A stretch of 48,008 nt of DNA from Chiloscyllium plagiosum (taxonomy: Eukaryota), in contig NC_057753.1 of the NCBI RefSeq assembly GCF_004010195.1, forward strand, positions 5,263,505 through 5,311,512, given 5' to 3'. Shown piece after piece: positions 11,979 through 23,584 of this stretch (positions within the stretch are counted from its first letter, which is position 1; each line of letters begins with the position of its first letter). The notes under the pieces are model-generated. The model did not search any database and was not told the DNA's origin. It worked only from the letters and a program-made list of their open reading frames with translations. A program made the position numbers and the translations under genes.

Positions 11979-14487
11979 TCAGTCCACTCTACCTCCACTC
12001 CCAGTGCCGCCCCACAGCCCTGTGGTATTTTCTCAAACAGCTACAGGAGCTGTAACATCTCGTGTGTTTGCTTCCTCCCTCCTCACTATCCAAGGCTGCA
12101 GACACAGCTTCCAGAATGAGGCAGCGATTTACTTGCACTTCAGTCTAGCCTACTGTGTTTGTTGCTGACAATGCAGTCTCATGTCCATTCTGGAGACAAA
12201 AGTGCAGACTGGGTGACTGTTTTGCAGAACACCTACGTTCTGTCGGCAGATATGACCTTGAGGTTCTGGCTGCCTGCGGTTTCAACACTTCACTGTGTTC
12301 ATTGGCTAACCTTTGGCTCCTATTTCTTATAGTTATTCCAACCCTCATTCACAAGAATTTCTAGACTCCCTCAATGGCAGTCAGTTCAAAAAGGTTTCCT
12401 TGGGTGGAAATTGCTGTGCATAAGTCATCTCCTAACAAAAGCAAACAAAGAACTGTGGATGAGAAAATCAGAAACAAAAGTAGAATTTGCTGGAAAAACT
12501 TTCCAGCAGCACCTGTGGAAAGATATCAGAGAACAGCTTCTTCCCTGTTATTATCAGATATTTGAATGGACCGGTTTAACGTTAATATTGATCCCTCTCT
12601 GCATCTTCTCGGCAGCTAAAACTCTGTTTGCTGCACTCTCTTCAGTTACCCTGATGTACTTGTTACAGTACGATCTATCTGTCAAGCAAGTAAGTCAAAC
12701 TTCACTGTACCTTGGTCCATGTAACTGTAATAAATCAGTTAACGGTTTGGGTCCTATCACCCTTCTTCAGAACTGATCGTAGCTGGCACAAATTTCATAT
12801 ATATGCTAAAGGAGGGGTGGATGGAGACGGGAGGAAGAAATGATAGGTGGAGATGGAGCCCAGAGACAGAGAAAAATAGCCCACCCCAACAACATCCACA
12901 TTCAAAGGATTATTAGATTCCATTTCTGCCACTTCTATTGGATTGCCACACCAGATACATATTCCCCTCCCCTCCTTTGTCAACTTCCCACAAGGGGCAT
13001 TTCTTCTGGAACCCCTCAGTCCACTCTACGTCCACTCCCAGTGCCGCCCCACAGCCCTGTGGTATTTTCTCAAACAGCTACAGGAGCTGTAACATCTCGT
13101 GTGTTTGCTTCCTCCCTCCTCACTATCCAAGGCTGCAGACACAGCTTCCAGAATGAGGCAGCGATTTACTTGCACTTCAGTCTAGCCTACTGTGTTTGTT
13201 GCTGACAATGCAGTCTCATGTCCATTCTGGAGACAAAGTGCAGACTGGGTGACTGCTTTGCAGAACACCGACGTTCTCTCAGCAGATATGACCTTGAGGT
13301 TCTGGCTGCCTGCGGTTTCAACACTTCACTGTGTTCATTGGCTAACCTTTGGCTCCTATTTCTTATAGTTATTCCAACCCTCATTCACAAGAATTTCTAG
13401 ACTCCCTCAATGGCAGTCAGTTCAAAAAGGTTTCCTTGGGTGGAAATTGCTGTGTATAAGTCATCTCCTAACAAAAGCAAACAAAGAACTGTGGATGAGA
13501 AAATCAGAAACAAAGTAGAATTTGCTGGAAAAACTTTCCAGCAGCACCTGTGGAAAGATATCAGAGAACAGCTTCTTCCCTGTTATTATCAGATATTTGA
13601 ATGGACCGGTTTAACGTTAATATTGATCCCTCTCTGCATCTTCTCGGCAGCTAAAACTCTGTTTGCTGCACTCTCTTCAGTTACCCTGATGTACTTGTTA
13701 CAGTACGATCTGTCTGTCAAGCAAGTAAGTCAAACTTCACTGTACCTTGGTCCATGTAACTGTAATAAATCAGTTAACGGTTTGGGTCCTATCACCCTTC
13801 TTCAGAACTGATCGTAGCTGGCACAAATTTCATATATATGCTAAAGGAGGGGTGGATGGAGACGGGAGGAAGAAATGATAGGTGGAGATGGAGCCCAGAG
13901 ACAGAGAAAAATAGCCCACCCCAACAACATCCACATTCAAAGGATTATTAGATTCCATTTCTGCCACTTCTATTGGATTGCCACAGCAGATACATATTCC
14001 CCTCCCCTCCTTTGTCAACTTCCCACAAGGGGCATTTCTTCTGGAACCCCTCAGTCCACTCTACGTCCACTCCCAGTGCCGCCCCACAGCCCTGTGGTAT
14101 TTTCTCAAACAGCTACAGGAGCTGTAACATCTCGTGTGTTTGCTTCCTCCCTCCTCACTATCCAAGGCTGCAGACACAGCTTCCAGAATGAGGCAGCGAT
14201 TTACTTGCACTTCAGTCTAGCCTACTGTGTTTGTTGCTGACAATGCAGTCTCATGTCCATTCTGGAGACAAAGTGCAGACTGGGTGACTGTTTTGCAGAA
14301 CACCGACGTTCTGTCGGCAGATATGACCTTGAGGTTCTGGCTACCTGTGGTTTCAACACTTCACTGTGTTCCTTGTCTAACCTTTGGCTCCTATTTCTTA
14401 TAGTTATTCCAAACCCCATTCACAGGAATTTCCAGACTCCCTCACTGGCAGTCAGTTCAAAAAGGTTTCCTTGGGTGGAAGTTGCTG
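11979..14487 (+). repeat. Tandem array, ~1035-bp unit x ~2.4, built from decayed Penelope-like sequence
   Basis: Unit starts tcagtccactctac at 11979, 13016 and 14051. Contains decayed GIY-YIG (CRLGDCFAEH) and a degenerate minus-strand hammerhead at ~12738-12770 and ~13773-13805. Confidence 0.95.
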
Positions 14488-14539
14488 CAGTTTCTAACTG
14501 GGGTCTTGGGGATGGGGGGGCATGTTCCTGTCTCAAGGT

Positions 14540-14812
14540 TCCGCCCTTTGTCCCTTTAAATCCCACCCTCGGTCCTTCCAGCTCCAGCTCCAGCGATGCG
14601 CATGCTTCGCTCTGTAGACCGGTCCCGCCCCTTCGTTGACTCCGATTGGTTGGAGGACCAGCCCGGTGCCACAGTCATCCAGGCCTGCCCCTTCACTCAC
14701 TATTGGTCCGCATCCTGCGTCAATCATTCCCCCCCCCCCCCGCCCGGAGAGGCAGACATGCGCAGCATGATTTGCTCCCTGAACGACTGTGCACATGCGC
14801 GGTGGCCATTTT
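14540..14812 (+). promoter_or_regulatory. CpG-rich candidate promoter of the ZNF gene
   Basis: GC boxes ccgccc (14541, 14625); inverted CCAAT (attgg 14645, 14702); NRF1-like tgcgcatgc (14597) and catgcgc (14757, 14794); YY1-like gccatttt (14805). Local CpG enrichment. Confidence 0.65.
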
Positions 14813-15174
14813 AGCAGTTGCCTCAAAATGGGGTCATGGTCTTGTCTCCAGCTGTAACCATTAGTCAGAATGGGTTGGAGATAATTATCCAATATTTTAT
14901 TGGGATTTCACCCAGGAATGAGGGTGGGAGAGAGGAAGAGAGAGTGTGGGGGACTGGGAATTATTATTTGGAGGGAACAAGAGAGGAAAATACACCACAG
15001 AAACTGGAATTGTCTGTTTAATGAATTCTCTGCCTCACTGACAGTGAACTGTTTGGTCACAGGGACTAGAAGAGGAGGGTCACATCAAGGAAACCCAAAA
15101 CAAAGCATCAGGTCAAGATCTGGCAGAGTCACTCTCTTCATCAGAAGCTGAAAATCACTGCCCTCTGATTGTGG

Positions 15175-15421
15175 AAGGAGAAATGTTTGTCTGAGGGGAA
15201 AGGTTTCAAACATCAGTGTGACTGGAAGAGCACCGAGACACAGACACACCTGAACGAGAGCGTTCCAGTGAACCGACTGTGCAAGGAGCTTTCCTTTTGT
15301 TGCATGACTACAAAAGTAAATTGCACCGTTTAAAGCGGGGCAAAGACGCACATGTGTTTTGTGTCTGGCTCAAGATTTAACTGATCCTTCAGTGTGGACA
15401 GGGCACAAAGACCCTGGCACC
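15175..15421 (+). pseudogene. Decayed C2H2 finger repeats upstream of the ZNF start codon
   Basis: Finger-like remnants with stops and frameshifts: GEMFV*..RFQTSV*LEEHRDT, FQ*TDCARSF, ..RFN*S....HKDPGT, leading into MEKP. Confidence 0.6.
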
Positions 15422-16891
15422 ATGGAGAAACCATGTAAATGTGTGGAGTGCGGGAAAGGATTCAGATTTCCATCCAGGCTGGACGTTCATCGGCGCAAAC
15501 ACACTGGGGAGAAGCCATTTACCTGCTCCACGTGTGAAAAGGGATTTGCACGTTTATGCAGCTTACAGATACACCAGAGAACTCATACTGGCGAGAAATC
15601 ATTCACCTGTGCCAAGTGTGGTAAGGGGTTCGCTCATTTATCCAGTTTACATGTACACCAGAGAACTCACACTGGGGAGAAACCGTTCATCTGTACCAAG
15701 TGCGGTAAGGAGTTTGCTCATTCATCAACTTTACACGTACACCAGAGAATTCACACTGGGGAGAAACCATTCACCTGCTCTGAGTGTGGGAAGGGATTTG
15801 CACAGTCATCAAAGTTATATCGACACCAGAGAACTCACACTGGGGAGAAACCATTCATCTGCTCTGACTGTGGGAAGGGATTCGCTCGGTTATCCACCTT
15901 GCAGGTGCACCAGGGAATACACTCTGAAGAAAAAATGTTCACCTGCTCCAACTGTGAGCAAAGATTTGCTCATTTATCCAGCTTACAGACACACCAGAGA
16001 AGTCACGCTGGGGAGAAATCATTCATCTGCACCACATGTGGTAAGGGGTTCGCTAATTCATCTGGATTGCATGTACATCAGAAAGTTCACGCAGGGGAGA
16101 AACCATTCACCTGCTCTGACTGTGGGAAAGTGTTTGCTCAGTCCTCCAAGTTACGGCAACCCCAGCAAACTCATACTGGAGAAAAACCATTTACCTGCCC
16201 CGATTGCGGGAAGGAATTCACTCAGTTATCCGACTTACATTCACACCAGGAAGCGCACACCGGGGAGAAACCATTCCCTTGCTCTGACTGTGGGAAGGGA
16301 TTCACTGAGTTGTCCACTTTACAGGTGCACCAGAGAATCCACACTGGAGAGAAACCGTTCACCTGCCCTGAGTGCGGGAAGAGATTCTCTCAGTTATCCA
16401 ACTTAAATCGACATCAGAGAACTCACACTGGAGAGAAACCGTTCACGTGCTATGAGTGCGGGAAGAGATTCTCTCAGTTATCCAACTTAAATCAACATCA
16501 GAGAACTCACACAGGAGAAAAGCCATTCATCTGCCCTGAGTGTGGGAAGGGATTCACTCAGTTATCCAATTTACATTCACACCAGGGAGCTCACTCTGGG
16601 AAAAAAACTTTCACCTGCTCTGAGTGTGGGAAGGGGTTTGCTCAGTCGTCCAAGTTATGCGAACACTGGAGAATTCACACTCGGGAGAAACCATTCATCT
16701 GCTCTGACTGTGGGCAGGGATTTGTTCAGGCATCCACCTTACGTGTACACCAGCGAACTCACACAGGAGAAAGACCGTTCACTTGCCTTAAGGGCGGGAA
16801 GAGTTTCACCCAGTTATCCAACTTACAGCAACCCCAGAGGACTGACTGTCAGCTGCGCACTATCAGGCAGGCAAGCTCACATCCAGAGTGA
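15422..16891 (+). CDS. Tandem C2H2 (Kruppel-type) zinc-finger protein, 489 aa, 17 repeats (15 canonical), no KRAB/SCAN/BTB in this ORF
   Basis: Uninterrupted ORF; first ATG in strong context caccATGg; 28-aa CxxC...HxxxH repeats with TGEKP linkers. Finger 9 (H>P) and finger 17 are degenerate. Confidence 0.93.
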   Translation: MEKPCKCVECGKGFRFPSRLDVHRRKHTGEKPFTCSTCEKGFARLCSLQIHQRTHTGEKSFTCAKCGKGFAHLSSLHVHQRTHTGEKPFICTKCGKEFAHSSTLHVHQRIHTGEKPFTCSECGKGFAQSSKLYRHQRTHTGEKPFICSDCGKGFARLSTLQVHQGIHSEEKMFTCSNCEQRFAHLSSLQTHQRSHAGEKSFICTTCGKGFANSSGLHVHQKVHAGEKPFTCSDCGKVFAQSSKLRQPQQTHTGEKPFTCPDCGKEFTQLSDLHSHQEAHTGEKPFPCSDCGKGFTELSTLQVHQRIHTGEKPFTCPECGKRFSQLSNLNRHQRTHTGEKPFTCYECGKRFSQLSNLNQHQRTHTGEKPFICPECGKGFTQLSNLHSHQGAHSGKKTFTCSECGKGFAQSSKLCEHWRIHTREKPFICSDCGQGFVQASTLRVHQRTHTGERPFTCLKGGKSFTQLSNLQQPQRTDCQLRTIRQASSHPE

Positions 16892-17023
16892 GAGACAGCC
16901 CGAGTAAGTACGTAGTTTGTGGGATTTGTAGGCAGCATTGGAATCTCGTGTAGAGGGCAAGAGGTGCTTTATCGGTTCATTGTTTGTAAGGTCTTTTTAA
17001 ATGATCAAAAGAAGCCCAGGTTC

Positions 17024-17913
17024 GGGGCCCAGCACGGTGGCTCAGTGGTTAGCGCTGCTGCCTCAGTGCCAGGGACCCGGATTCGATTCTAACTTCGGGC
17101 AACTGTCTTGTGTGAAGTTTGCAAGTTCTCCCCATGTCTGCGTGGGTTTCCTCCAGGGGCTCCTGAGAAAGTGTATAAGGTAGGAGCAAGTTGGGAAAGA
17201 GTTGGGTTTTGGGTGACCAAAGTCTCAGCTAGCATGACTTGGATCAGATAAGAACTTGCAGTAAACAATGAGGTGCTGGAGGCAAGGATTAGTGGTTTAA
17301 CAAGGTGAAAAAGCTGTCTTTATTTAAAGCCATTTAACAAGATGAAGAAGCGTTCATTATGCAAAGTCAGTTTAAAAAGGTGCAACACATTCATTATGTG
17401 AAGCCAGTTAAAGTTAAGAGCATTTATTGTATAACACCAGATGGCTCAATCTCTCCTATTAACAGTTGTTGATTGTAACGGCCACCCCAATCAATATGCA
17501 TATTGCCTTATCTGGATGCTCCTCCCTGTAAAATGACTATATAGTTCATTGAGAAACTGCTGTTCCAGAGAAGACCATGAACTCATGTCCCTGTGCACAT
17601 GGGCGATCGTTCTCTCTCCCTCCAGGGCCTGGAACAAAGACGAAGGAGGTAAAACTATACTGTCTCTGAGTGTTTTGCTTCGACTGAGGCCGGAATGGGA
17701 CGACTCTCCGGTTTCCTCCCACAGTCCAAAGATGTTCAGGTCAGGGTGAATTGACCATGCAAAATTGCCCATAGTGTTCAGGGATGTGTCGGTTAGGTGC
17801 ATTAGTCAGGGGTAGATATAGGGTAGGCGAATGGGCTGTTTGGGTTGCTCTTCGGAGGGGTCGGTGTGGACTTGTTGGGCCGAAGGGCCTGTTTTCACAC
17901 TGGAGGGATTCTG
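17024..17913 (+). mobile_element. HE1-type SINE split by an insertion
   Basis: 5' half 17024-17163 and 3' half 17706-17913 join into a normal SINE at ...gctcc/ggtttcctcccacagtcc. Confidence 0.88.
17164..17705 (+). mobile_element. Probable solo LTR inserted in the SINE
   Basis: Starts TG; flanked by ctcc at 17160-17163 and 17706-17709; TATA-like ctatatag near 17538; non-coding. Terminal CA is absent. Confidence 0.55.
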
Positions 17914-18949
17914 TAAGCACAGTGCAAAGATTGACATCACACAGAAACGATAACTTTGTCCGTTGGTTACAGCAACTAGTTTCATTGTGGGTCAAAGGTT
18001 ACTTTCAGGTTGAAGGTAAGTAGGGGAAATATTTATAGGTTACAGGTTACGAAGTAAAAGATCAGTAGGAAAATTTTAAAAATCGAATTCAGAACTAAGT
18101 AAATAACATAGAGATTCAGAGCCAAGTGATGTATTGTTTCTGTCTGATGTGGGGGCTGGTGGGTCCTTATTGTGGTTCGTAGTGACCCCATCTGGAGCGA
18201 GTGTTGGTTGATGAGCTGGAGTCTGAGCTTTGAACAGAGCGACGCATCCGGGAGAGAGAGAGTTGCCTGGATGCTGTGCTTCAGGAGCTATCCCACCTCT
18301 TAGCTTAACAACCTCGAATTCAGTCAGCTATCAGAGACGGGAGGGTCTGACCATGAGCGAGGCAGGTATAGGGATCCATAAGATAGTGCTGAAGGAGCCT
18401 CAGCCCTCGAGTTTGTTGGAACAGGTTTGAGATTCATGCTCCCTGTGTGGATAAGAAATAGATATCTGAGGAGGACATGCCAATTGACCATGGTACCACG
18501 GTGCAAGGAGTTATTCAAAAAGGGGAAGAGAAATATAGTTGTAATTGGGAATCGTATAGTCAGGGGAATAGTCATTGTTCTGTCTGGACACGATCAAGTG
18601 TCCTGAAGGTTGTGTTTCCTGCCTGGTGTCCAGGTTCAGGATATTCTCATCTGGGCTGCAGAGGAACTTGGAATGGGAGGGGTAAGATCCATTTGTCGAG
18701 GTCCGTGTGGGTAGCTGGAAGCAGGAAGAAGGTTCTGCTGAGGGAATGTCAGCAGCCAGGGACTAAGTTACAAAGCAGAACCACAAAGGTGGTAATCTCT
18801 AGATGATGACCTGATCCTTGAGCTATTTGGCTTTAGGTCAACACGTGGAAGAGGCAACCAAGTGGCTCAGAGCTCGGTGTGGGAGAAATGGATTCAAACT
18901 CATGGGAAATTGGCCCCAGTACCGGGAAAAGAGGGAACTGTTCTGGTGA

Positions 18950-19637
18950 ATCGTGATGAACAGAGGGACCTTGGAGTGCAGGTTCATAGCTCCTTGAAAT
19001 TGGAGTCGCAGGTAGATGGGATAGTGAAGAAGGTGTTTGGTATGCTTTCCTTTATTGGTCAAGAGTATTGAGTACAGGACATTGGTTCGGCCACTTTTGG
19101 AATCTTGTGTGCAATTCTGATCTTCCTATCGGAAGGATGTTGTGAAACTTGAAAGGGTTCAGAAAAGATTTACAAGGATGTTGCCAGTGTTGGAGAGTTT
19201 GAGCTACAGGGAGAGGCTGACTAGGCCAAGGCTGTTTCCCCTGGAGCATCAGAGGTTGAGGGGTGACCTTATAGGGGTTTATAAAATCATGAGGGGCATG
19301 GATAGGATGAACAGACAAAGTCTTTTTCCCTGGGATCTAGACAACTAGAGACCATAAGTTTAGGGTGAGAGGGGAAAGATGTAATAGGGACCTAAGGGAC
19401 AACCTTTTCACACGGAGGGTGGTGCGTGTATGAAATGAACTGCCAGAGGAAGTGGTGGAGGCTGGTACAATTACAGCATTTAAAAGGCATCTGGATGGGT
19501 GTTTGAATAGGAAGGGTTTGGAGGGGTATGGGACAGGTGCTGGCAGGTGGGACTAGATTATATTGGGATATCTGGGCAGCATGGACGAGTTGGACCGAAG
19601 GGTCTGTCTCCGTGCTGTACATCTCTTTGACTCTATG
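18950..19637 (+). mobile_element. CR1 3' fragment
   Basis: EQRDLGVQVHSSLK...LERVQKRFTRMLP and tail ctctttgactctatg. Confidence 0.9.
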
Positions 19638-20045
19638 CTGGGACCAGACTCCTTGCAAATTACATGACCACGGCAGTGGATGAGGCTTGAACTGAATACT
19701 GGGGCATGGGTTTAATTGCATGGGAAACTATGGACAAAGATAAAGGTGGCGCAAGGGCTAAGCAGAGGTTATGAAATCTTCCAGAACATCAAATAGGACA
19801 GAGAGAAAAGGTCAGGAATCTAACTGTAGATACAGCAAGTGAGGGGGTATCTGTGAGAAGTGGTGCAATCAACACAGGACTGAGGGTGTTGTACTTAAAT
19901 ACACGCAGCATATGGGCCAACATTCATAAACTCAAAGCGCAGATTGAATATGGTGGATACAACTTTGTGGGTTTGACAGGGACTTGGCTCTGACCGGACC
20001 AGGGCTGGGAACTAAATCTCTAAGGATACGTGTATTGAAAGGACA

Positions 20046-20412
20046 TTTATAAAATCATGAGAGGCTTGGATAGGATAAATAGGCAAAGTCTTTTCCCCGG
20101 GGGGGTGGGAAAGTCCAGAACTAGAGGGCATAGATTTAGGCTGAGAGGGGAAAGATATAAAAGAGACCTAAGGGGCAACTTTTTCACACAGAGGGTGGTG
20201 CGTGTATGGAATGAGCTGCCAGAGGAAGTGGTGGAGGCTGGAATAATTACAGCATTTTAAAGGCATTGGATGAGTATATGAATAGGAAGGGTTTGGAGGG
20301 ATATGGGCCAAGTGCTGGCTAATGGGATTAGATTAGGTTGGGATTTCTGGTCGGCACAGATGGGTTGGACCGAAGGTTCTGTTTCCGTGCTGTTTATCTC
20401 TGACTCTATGAC
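20046..20412 (+). mobile_element. CR1 3' fragment
   Basis: YKIMRGLDRINRQSLFP...WNELPEEVVEAG and tail tctgactctatgac. Confidence 0.9.
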
Positions 20413-20635
20413 ATGCTGATGGGCAGAGCGGGTGAGGCCAGCCTTATTAATAAGGAATGAAATCGATAGGAAGAAGTGATATTGAGTCACAAGGCAAGGA
20501 ATCTGTGTGGGTAGGGTTGAGGAGCCACAAAGAATAAAAGGACCCTGATGAGAATTACGTGCAGGCTTCCTAGCAGTCCTCAGGACGTGGGGCAGAAAAT
20601 AAATCCGGAGATTGAAACGGCGTGTAAGAAAGGTA

Positions 20636-20853
20636 CAGCAGGTCGTTCCGCTCTAACGTGTTTCGTTAACACAAATTTGCTGTAACGTGATTGATGGATT
20701 GGGGACTGTTTCTAAAGCGTGAATGTTTAAAACGTGTTGGCTGTAACACGATTACGTCGTCAACAGTTTAAGCGCTGTTTCGAAAGAGCGATTTTTCTAT
20801 AATGCAGGGTTGCACAAGAAAGCAACCATCGCATCACAAGGATCTTACCCGTG
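20636..20853. mobile_element. Possible Tc1/mariner (Tigger-like) MITE
   Basis: Interrupts the old CR1 after a TA; degenerate terminal inverted repeats; internal ctataacgcg-like motifs; CpG-richer than its flanks. Confidence 0.45.
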
Positions 20854-21160
20854 TTACAATAATCATGGGGAGACACATATGCAGGTAGACTGGGACAATC
20901 AGGCTGGTCGTGGATCCCGAGAAAAGGAATTCATGGAACATGTGTGGGATTGTTCTTTGGGAGTAGCTAGTGGTAGAATCGAATAGAGAACAGGCAAAGC
21001 TGGATTTGGTGAGGCATAATGAGGCAGACTTGATTAGGGAGCTTAGTGTAACGGAATCCCTTTGGTGTAGTAACCATAATCTGATCAAATTCACCCAGCA
21101 GTTTGACAGAGAGAAATTTGAATCCGATGTACCAGTATTACATTTGAGTAAAGGAATCTC

Positions 21161-21507
21161 CACGGTGGCCAAGTGGTTAGCACTGTTGCCTCACAGCGCT
21201 AGGTACCCAGGTTCAGTTCCAGCCTTGAGCGACTGTCTGTATGGAGTTTGCAGATTCTCCCCCCGTGTCTGCGTGGGTTTTTTCCGGGTGCTCCGGTTTC
21301 CTCCCACAGTCCAAAGATGTGCAGGTTAGGATGAATTGGCCATGCTAAATTGCTCACAGTGTTCAGGGATGTGCAGGTGAGGTGCATTATTTGGGGTAAA
21401 AGTAGATAAATAGGGTAGAGGAATGGGTATGGGTGGGTTACTCTTCGGAGGGTCAGTGTGGACTTGTTGGGCCGAATGGCCTGTTTCCACACAGTAGGGA
21501 TTCTATG
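21161..21507 (+). mobile_element. HE1-type SINE
   Basis: cacggtggccaagtggttagcactg...cacacagtagggattctatg. Confidence 0.92.
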
Positions 21508-22016
21508 AATATTACTTGCTATGAACACAAGGGAGGAGCTGGCCAGAGTTGAATGGAACAAGAGTCTGCGGTTCCACCGTTTCCCTGCTAATGACAGGAG
21601 TTTCTGGGGTAATTCGGGACACAGTCCCGAAATTCATCCCAAGAGTCAAGGACGCTACATTAACCGCACAGATGGATGCAAAATGGAGAACTGCGGATCC
21701 AACATGATGAATGTTTTGTGAAGTGATTGCAATAACCTCTCCCAATTGACCTGTGCCTCAACATACTACCCCTGAGGTATAGCTATCGCGAAGACGTCTG
21801 ACACAACTTGTTTTACGTAAAATGGGAGTAACTGTTCATTACTGACACAAAGCACTTTCCAAAATGCTAGGAATTGCAACGATTCAAATGCTTAACTCAC
21901 AACCCGGATGATAAGCCTAAAAACCCTCTATTTCCCCCAAGCCGGCATGTAAAACCTGACAGACAAGACAAAAGTTTGGTCATGGAGGTTAAATGTCAGG
22001 TTAAAGACAGACAGGT

Positions 22017-22510
22017 CATAGTCATAGAGATGTACAGCATGGAAACAGACCCTTCGGTCCAACCCGTCCATGCTGACCAGAAATCCCAACCCAATCTAGT
22101 CCCACCTGCCAGCACCCGGCCCATACCCCTCCAAACCCTTCCTATTCATATCTGCCTCTGAAATGTTACAATAGTACCAGCCTCCACCACTTCCTCTGGC
22201 AGCTCATTCCATACCCATACCACCCTCTGTGTGAAAAAGTTGCTCCTTAGGTCTCTTTTATATCTTTCCCCTCTCACCCTAAACCTATGCCCTCTAGTTC
22301 TGGACTCTCCGACCCCAGGGAAAAGATTTTATCTATTTACCTTATCCATGCCCCTCATAATTTTGTAAACCTCTAGAAGGTCACCCCTCAGCCTCCGAAG
22401 CTCCAGAGAAAACAGCCTCATCCTGTTCACCCTCTCCCTGTAGCTCAAATCCGCCAACCCTGGCAACATCCTTGTAAATCTTTTCTGAACCCTTTCAAGT
22501 TTCACTACAT
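22017..22510 (-). mobile_element. CR1 3' fragment
   Basis: Reverse tail catagtcatagagatgtacagcatggaaacagaccc followed by ORF2 C-terminus. Confidence 0.9.
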
Positions 22511-22645
22511 GTGGTGAGCTCCGTGGCTGGATTCAGTGGATTTGAATCTCAGGCTAGCAGTTCTGCCCTCTGGACGTGCTAACCCCCACTGAGCAGCTCT
22601 ACGACAGTTCGGTGAGGAAAGAGCTGAAACTTTTGAGTTCTTTGA

Positions 22646-22956
22646 GTGGCTCAGTGGTTAGCACTGCTGCCTCACAACGCCAGGGACGCGGGTTTGGTTC
22701 CAACCTCGGGCAACTGGAGTTTGCATATTCTCCCCGTGTCTGCGTGGGTTTCCTCTGGGTGCTCCGGTTTCCTCCCACAGTCCAAAGATGTGTAGGTCAG
22801 GGTGAATTGCCAATTCTGGGATGTGTAGGTGAGGTACATTAGTCAGGGGAAATGTAGAGTAATAGGGGAGGGGAATGGGTCTGGGTGGGACACTCTTCGG
22901 AGCGTCGTTGTGGACTTGTTGGGCTGAATGGCTTGTTTCTGCACTGTCGGGATTCG
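22646..22956 (+). mobile_element. HE1-type SINE
   Basis: gtggctcagtggttagcactgctgcctcac...gcactgtcgggattc. Confidence 0.9.
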
Positions 22957-22974
22957 ATCTATCCACTTGCTGAG

Positions 22975-23060
22975 TTCTGAGGAAAGATGACCGGATCCGA
23001 AATGCTAACTCTGACTTCTCTTCAGACCTGCTGAGCTTTTCCAGCAACATCTGTTTTTTT
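22975..23060 (+). mobile_element. Short pLTR-like fragment of a second Penelope-like family, degenerate hammerhead
   Basis: ctgaggaaagatgaccggatccgaaatgcta...gacctgctgagcttttccagca; related to 44335-44525 and ~43310-43400. Confidence 0.6.
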
Positions 23061-23257
23061 TTGGTTGTGAAAGAGTTGGGGTTGGTTCCTTCTTCGGGAC
23101 AATCTCTTGGTGGCACCCGAACAATCGGACGCTGACCCTACAGTTCCTCACCGACAACCATCTTCCAGCTTGACCTTCAGTGCTCCAGCCACGGTCATCT
23201 GTTCTTTGCTTGACGCAGTCTCCTTCTTACCAGTTGGACACCCATGGTCTGATACAG

Positions 23258-23425
23258 TAGAATCCCTACAGTGTGGACGCAGGCCATTCGGCCCATCGAG
23301 TGCACACCGACCCTGCGAAGAGCATCCCACACGAATCCCCCCCCCCCTCCCACCATTAGCCTACACATCTCTGGAAACTGTAGGCAATCTAGTGGAACCA
23401 ATCCACCTCACCCGCATATCTCTGG
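23258..23425 (-). mobile_element. HE1-type SINE 3' part
   Basis: tagaatccctacagtgtgga...ggcccatcgagtgcacaccgaccc. Confidence 0.8.
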
Positions 23426-23584
23426 AGGCACTGTAGGTCTCCTCTCCTCGAGCAATCCTTCCTCGGACCTCGCTGCTCAAACTCCAGCCGTCAATTCCTC
23501 AGACAGGGTTTGCCTTTACAGCTCCGGGCCCTTGTTTCCCCTCCAGGTCATAACTTTCCTGATTGATAGTCTCTTTTTATGCCG

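Larger units (their letters stand above)
18120..21620 (+). mobile_element. Old decayed CR1 5' half (ORF1 and APE) carrying younger nested insertions
   Basis: ORF1-like VVIG.S.VRG, CFLPG and KVVIS remnants; APE start LYLNTRSI (~19890); EQAKLDLV...SNHNLIKF. Boundaries approximate. Confidence 0.7.

Noticed and set aside
11979..14487. CRISPR-like or repeated small-gene interpretation of the array and short palindromes
   Set aside because: No repeat-spacer structure or cas genes; vertebrate context; the repeated ORFs are decayed Penelope sequence.
15441..16406. 321-aa alternative-frame ORF overlapping the ZNF
   Set aside because: Shadow of the 84-nt finger repeat (recurring TRELTLGRNHS); non-ATG start; common in C2H2 arrays.
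22511..23570. Unique-looking GC-balanced patches resembling minus-strand exons (LSEELT, VKLED)
   Set aside because: Contain stops, are interrupted by SINEs, and show no consistent splice sites or recognisable domain.
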